64,000 nt of DNA, taken from contig NW_024704742.1 in the NCBI RefSeq assembly GCF_018977255.1, positions 20,710,001-20,774,000 on the forward strand, given 5' to 3'. This document shows positions 59,190-64,000 of this stretch, in pieces. The notes beneath the pieces are model-generated. The model did no database searches and was not told where the DNA came from. It saw nothing but the letters and a program-made list of their open reading frames with translations. Source of the DNA: Callorhinchus milii (lineage: Eukaryota). The first letter of the stretch is position 1; the number at the start of each line of letters is the position of its first letter. Made by a program: the position numbers and the translations under genes.

Positions 59190-61600
59190 AATAGGAACCT
59201 GCAGCTCGTGTCTCTCCCGTAGCAAGCTCTGTGAAACGATTACTCCCATCTTCGCCCAACTCCACTGTCTTCCCAAAACTCAGAAGATTGGGTTTAAAAT
59301 CCTTGTCCTCATTCTTAAAGACCCAACAACAACAACAAGATTACATTTGTATAGCACCTTTCACTTCGGGAGGACGTCCCAGGGCTGACCCACCCCCCAC
59401 CCATCCCGCCCTATATTCCTTCGACTCCATCTCTCCCTCTTCCCTCACCACGACTGTCCGCAAACTCAAACGCACCACCTGCTCCCTCAATCCCATCCCC
59501 ACCTCTCTCCTCACATCCCCACTCCACCTTCTGGCTCCTCTCCTGTCCAACGTAATCAATCTCTCCTTGTCCACCGGTTCAGTTCCCACCCGCCTAAAAA
59601 CAGCCGTCATCACCCCCATCTAAAAAAACCTTCCCTGGACCCATCCCTTCTCTCCAGCTACCGCCCCATCTCTAACCTCCCATTCCTCTCCAAGGTCCTG
59701 GAATGAGTCGTCGCGTCCCAGTTCCGCTCCTTTCTTTCTCGCCATTCCCTCTTTGAACCCCTCCAATCCGGCTTCCACACTGCCCACAGCACGGAAACAG
59801 CCCTGGTCAAAGTCACTAATGACATTCTGAACAACTGTGATCAAGATTCCCTCTGCCTCCTTGACCTCCTCAGCCTCTCTCCCGCCTTCGACACTGTCGA
59901 CCACTCCATCCTCATACTTTGCCTCTCCTCTTTAATTAATCTTCACGGACCTGCCCTTGCCTGGTTCGTTTCCTATCTAACTCACCATCTCCACTTTGTT
60001 GCCTCTAATGGTCTCTCCTCCAGCCCCTGCACTGTCATGTCTGGCATCCCCCAGGGCTCTGTCCTTGGCCCTCTCCTCTTTAATATCTACATGCTCCCCC
60101 TTGGTGACATCATCTGCAGACATGGTGTCAACTTCCATATGTATGCAGATGACACCCAACTCTATCTTTCTGCCTCCACCCTCAACTCCAGGACCACTGC
60201 TGTCCTGACAGACTGTCTGTCGGACATCAAGTCCTGGATGAGGGCAAGTTTCCTACAGTTGAATGTAAACAAGACTGAGGCCCTCCTGATTGGCTCGGGC
60301 CAGCGCCTCTGCACCTCAGGCTCTGGCAACATCAACCTCCATGGTCACACACTATAACTCACCGCCAGTCAGGAACCTAGGTGTCTTGTTTGACCCTCAA
60401 CTGTCTTTTCTTCCCCACATCCAAGCCATGACCTGCTCTGCCTTCCCTCACCTCCGTAACATCACCCGACTCCGCCACTACCTCACCCCTCAGGCCACTG
60501 AAACTCTTGTTCATGCCTTCATCACCTCCAGACTTGACTATTCAAACGCCCTCCTTGTCGGCCTTCCCAACTCCTCCCTCCACAGACTACAGATAATCCA
60601 GAACTCTGCAGCCCGTGTTCTCTCCCGCACCAAACTCAGTGACCCCATCTCCCCCATTCTTGCCCGACTCCATTGGCTCCCTATCCTTCAGAGAATCCAG
60701 TTTAGGATCCTGGTCCTCACCTACAAAGCTCTCCATGGCCTCGCCCCACCCTACCTCTGCAACCTCCTAACCCCCTACCAACCTACCCGCTCCCTCCGCT
60801 AAAACTGGCTCTGGCCTGCTCCACGTCCCATGATCCACCTGCCCCACCATTGGCTGGAGAGTCTTCAGCCACTCTGCCCTCAACCTCTGGAATTGCATCA
60901 CCCAGTCACTCCGCCTCACCCCCTCCTTGGCCTTCTTCAAGTCCTGCCCCAAGACTCCAGTCTTCGACCATGCCATCAGCCACCCCCCTTCCCCTCCCCT
61001 CCCTTCACGCCCCCTGACCCCAGCTTAGGTCTGAAATGCTATACTCTGTTCAGCGCCTTGGGACGTCCTCCTGACGTGAAAGGCATTATACAAATGTAAT
61101 CTTGTTGTTGTCATGAGGGAGAAGTGATGTGGGGGTGGCTGTGGACGGGGCAGATGTAGCTGAATGTAACCCCTCGATTTTGGATTCGAGGAAGTCCAGC
61201 ATCTCCTCACAGTTGGAGTTTGAGGAGAGAATGGGTAAGGCATGGAAGGGTGGACGGAGGAGACGGTTTGTGGTGGAAAAGAGAAGCCTGGGGTTGTCCT
61301 TTGCCTCCAAGATAACCTTGCTCCTCCCTACCTCTGCAACCTATTAAAATCATACCAACCTGTCCGCTCCCTCTACTCAGCAGGCACTAGTCTGCTTCAT
61401 GTCCCCCCGCCCTGTTTGCCCCACCATTGGCAGTTGGGTCCTCAGCTTTTCTGCCCCACTCTCACCTCACCCCCTCCCTTGCCGCCTTCAATATTGTCTC
61501 AATACTTTAATCTTTGATTGGGCTTTTGGCTACCATTCTGGTCCTCCCCCCACCTCGCACTACCCTCCACACGTCTTGATTCAAATCCACAGCTCGGGTG
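59190..61600 (+). mobile_element. Old L2 fragment (59190-59323 plus ~61311-61600) split by a younger L2
   Basis: ITPIFAQLHCLP..KIGFKILVLILK continues as NLAPPYLCNLL after the insert. Confidence 0.75.
59324..61313. mobile_element. ~2-kb L2 (RT domain) with an internal 1.7-kb inversion and two tails
   Basis: Plus strand 59386-61110: SYRPISNLPFLSKVLE, QSGFHTAHSTETAL, AFDTVDH, GIPQGSVLGPLLF, YADD and tail. Minus strand 61113-61313: NPRLLFSTTNRLL. Second tail on the minus strand at 59324-59385. Confidence 0.92.
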
Positions 61601-62854
61601 CAAATGTTTTTCTAGTTCCCTTCTGAAAGCTTTCCATCCTACATGTCTGTATAGAATTGAAACCCAGGTCCCATAGTTGAAAGGACAGGCTGGTCTCAAT
61701 TTACTCCAATGCCCGACCTCCTTCATTGATGCCCCAATGAAGAATAATGAACTCCAGTGGATCTTGCCACAATTGGCATTGTTGTGCTTTTCCATTATCT
61801 CCTTATGTGATTCCCCCATTGTGATCTACTTGATCTTTCAACTTTTTAGAAGTACAACTTGTGAATAACTGTGCCCTTTAATGAGACAGCAAGCTCCAGT
61901 AATGACTCGAAAGGCTGTGAATTGTTCCAGACACATTCTGCTTGAAGAAAATTTTTCAGCAATTTAATGAGGAGTGCTTTTTCAAAAACAAATAGGTCAG
62001 GTTGTCACTGATGCTGTCTGACATGCTGCTCCGTGCAATTATATAGACACCAGGATGGACTAATTGGGCTGAATGGCCTGTTTCTGTCCTGCAACACTCC
62101 ACGTAATTCTGTGTAATAGCGCTGCCATCCTAGGTATTGCTGTTGCCATTGAATATGAATAACAGTACTACAATTTCAATTATATCCAATGAAGATTTCA
62201 GTCTTGCCATTACTCTCTGTGCACATTTGATACATTGTGGGAATGATTCAGCAAGCCCTAGGAGCTTATATAATACAACAACAGCAACTTGCACTTATAT
62301 GGCGTCTCAGAGCGCTTAACAGTGACGGAGCCTGACTCGTAATGCGTGAGTTTCACAAACCTGACTTTTTGAGCTGCAGTATTGAAAGCGAGCGGAGTGC
62401 AAGTTAGCAATGATGCCACCTGATTCTTGGTTATGCTGGCTTGCTTGAATTTTCCCTGAAGTATCAAGCAACAAGCACAACCTTAATGCGGGATCACAGT
62501 GCAGGTTTGGTAATCAGCTATCAATATAGATTAGAGTTGCTGAGAGAACAGAAACATGGATGCTTACAGCAGGGTTGTTTGCTTTCGCAGGAAGAAATAA
62601 TCACTCAAATCTTAGAGTGGAGGATATCTCACAGTTTCTAACAGTGATGTGTTCCCACTAACCCTTGAATAATGCTTGGAGTGCTGAAACTATGCTATTT
62701 CTGGGGCTGTGTTCCTTTAATGAGCACATCTGCACTCTTGGAATCCTAGTTTTTATTAATAAGGATATAGAATATGTAACTAAAGTTGGCATAGTGTTTT
62801 TTAGGAAACAGCTTGATACTATAATGGGAAGACAGTAGAGTGGGTATTAATAAT

Positions 62855-63281
62855 CCATAATAATCCTTACATTCAGTAGAGCACCTTTCACATTCAGAGG
62901 ACGTTTTAAGGCTATTCAGAGGATAAGCACAGAACAGTAAACACAGCACACAACAATGTCCCATAAGCAGCCAGGATGTGAATTGACCAATTTTATTTGG
63001 GGGATTGTTGCCTTGGACACCAGAAGAAATTCCCGACGTGAAAAGCACTATACAAATGTAATCTTGTTATTGTTGTTGCTATAGGATCTTTAAAGTCCAC
63101 CTGAACAAGGCAGATTAAAATCTATTTACTATCTCATCTAAAAGATGAAACTCCAGCACACCCCCAACCTTCCATTGGAGTGTCAGCCTGGACTATACGA
63201 GTTCAAATTTCCTATGCGGAGCTTGAAACCACACACTACTGACTCTGAAACGAGTGTGCGACCAATTGAGCCAGGCTGACA
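62855..63281 (-). mobile_element. Deu-like SINE with a nested plus-strand L2 tail (~63032-63080)
   Basis: Head TGTCAGCCTGGCTCAATTGG; core GTTCAGGTGGACTTTAAAGATCC. Confidence 0.75.
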
Positions 63282-63429
63282 CACATTCTGAAAGGATGAG
63301 ATCCAATTAACATAGATCATCTTCACCTGAACCTCTCTTGTAGATTCATTTAAAGTAAACTAAATAAGCTATTATATCAGGCTCAATCCATATTACCTTT
63401 GAAAGGGAACTGGAGTTTAAGAGTGAAAG

Positions 63430-63722
63430 TGGGGTTCATGCAAAAAAGGCGATTAAAACACACAGATAACGATGGCACAAATTAGACAAGTTGGACTCTT
63501 CACTCTTGAAAACTGAAGTCTCAGAGGGAGAGGGACTTATAGAGGTAAACAAGATTTTAAATGGAATTAAGAAAGCGAATGCAGAGCAATGCCTTTAGAT
63601 GCACTAAAACAGTAGAACAAAAGGGCATAGGTTTAAGAATTCAAAATGGCAATTTAAGGTCTGACATCAGGCAGTATTTCATTAACCAAAAGGTAATTAA
63701 CGACTGGAACAGATTACCAAGA
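63430..63722 (+). mobile_element. Old CR1 3' fragment
   Basis: RLDKLDSSL..LIEVNKILNG..DIRQYFINQKVINDWNRLP. Confidence 0.7.
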
Positions 63723-63754
63723 GCTTCTCTGTCGGGAGACAAAGTGATGTCGGC

Positions 63755-63764
63755 GTGACGTCAC
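63755..63764. promoter_or_regulatory. Full CRE palindrome GTGACGTCAC at the start of a CpG-containing stretch
   Basis: Seen directly; function unproven. Confidence 0.3.
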
Positions 63765-64000
63765 AATTTAAAAAAAAATAACAACAACAATGGCCTGGCT
63801 GCCACTGCCATCCGAGCCGTGAACCACACAGCCTACGGGCTGATGCTGTCCCACTGATCGCTCGCTCCCAGTCTCTGTGTGCGTGTTTTGGCTGCCGCCC
63901 TGACCCGAGCCTCCCTATGCCCCTCCACTCTAAATGTCTCTCCTCCCACCCACCTGTATCCCCTACTCCCCTTCTGTCCTTCTCTCACACTGCCCTCCCC

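Overview
Vertebrate non-coding DNA: CpG-depleted, AT-rich and packed with transposon fragments. The repeat mix suggests a cartilaginous fish, possibly a chimaera/elephant shark; this is inferred and not verified. It includes L2-clade LINE 3' fragments with (TTG)n tails, CR1 fragments (one with an SGNH-esterase ORF1), a young tRNA-Ala-headed SINE with (TTA)n tails, older Deu-domain-like SINEs and a Penelope-like remnant. No complete protein-coding gene, true tRNA gene, rRNA or CRISPR array is visible, and most longer ORFs are LINE fragments or their antisense shadows. The only signs of host transcription are a candidate micro-exon (39.55 kb), a CpG-rich promoter/first-exon-like patch with a strong donor (58.6-58.8 kb) and two spliceable minus-strand exons (57.2-58.2 kb). 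I did not find a clearly new biological system. The best leads are: (i) a 1.7-kb inversion inside an L2, best explained by recombination between two inverted ~60-bp L2 tails; (ii) a perfect 35-bp inverted templated copy bracketing the candidate exon; (iii) a decayed minimal hammerhead ribozyme in the Penelope-like remnant; (iv) four L2 copies truncated at the same point before YADD; (v) a modular SINE whose 3' stem-loop covaries with the youngest L2; (vi) an unassigned five-copy repeat family. Boundaries of old repeats are approximate and were read by eye.
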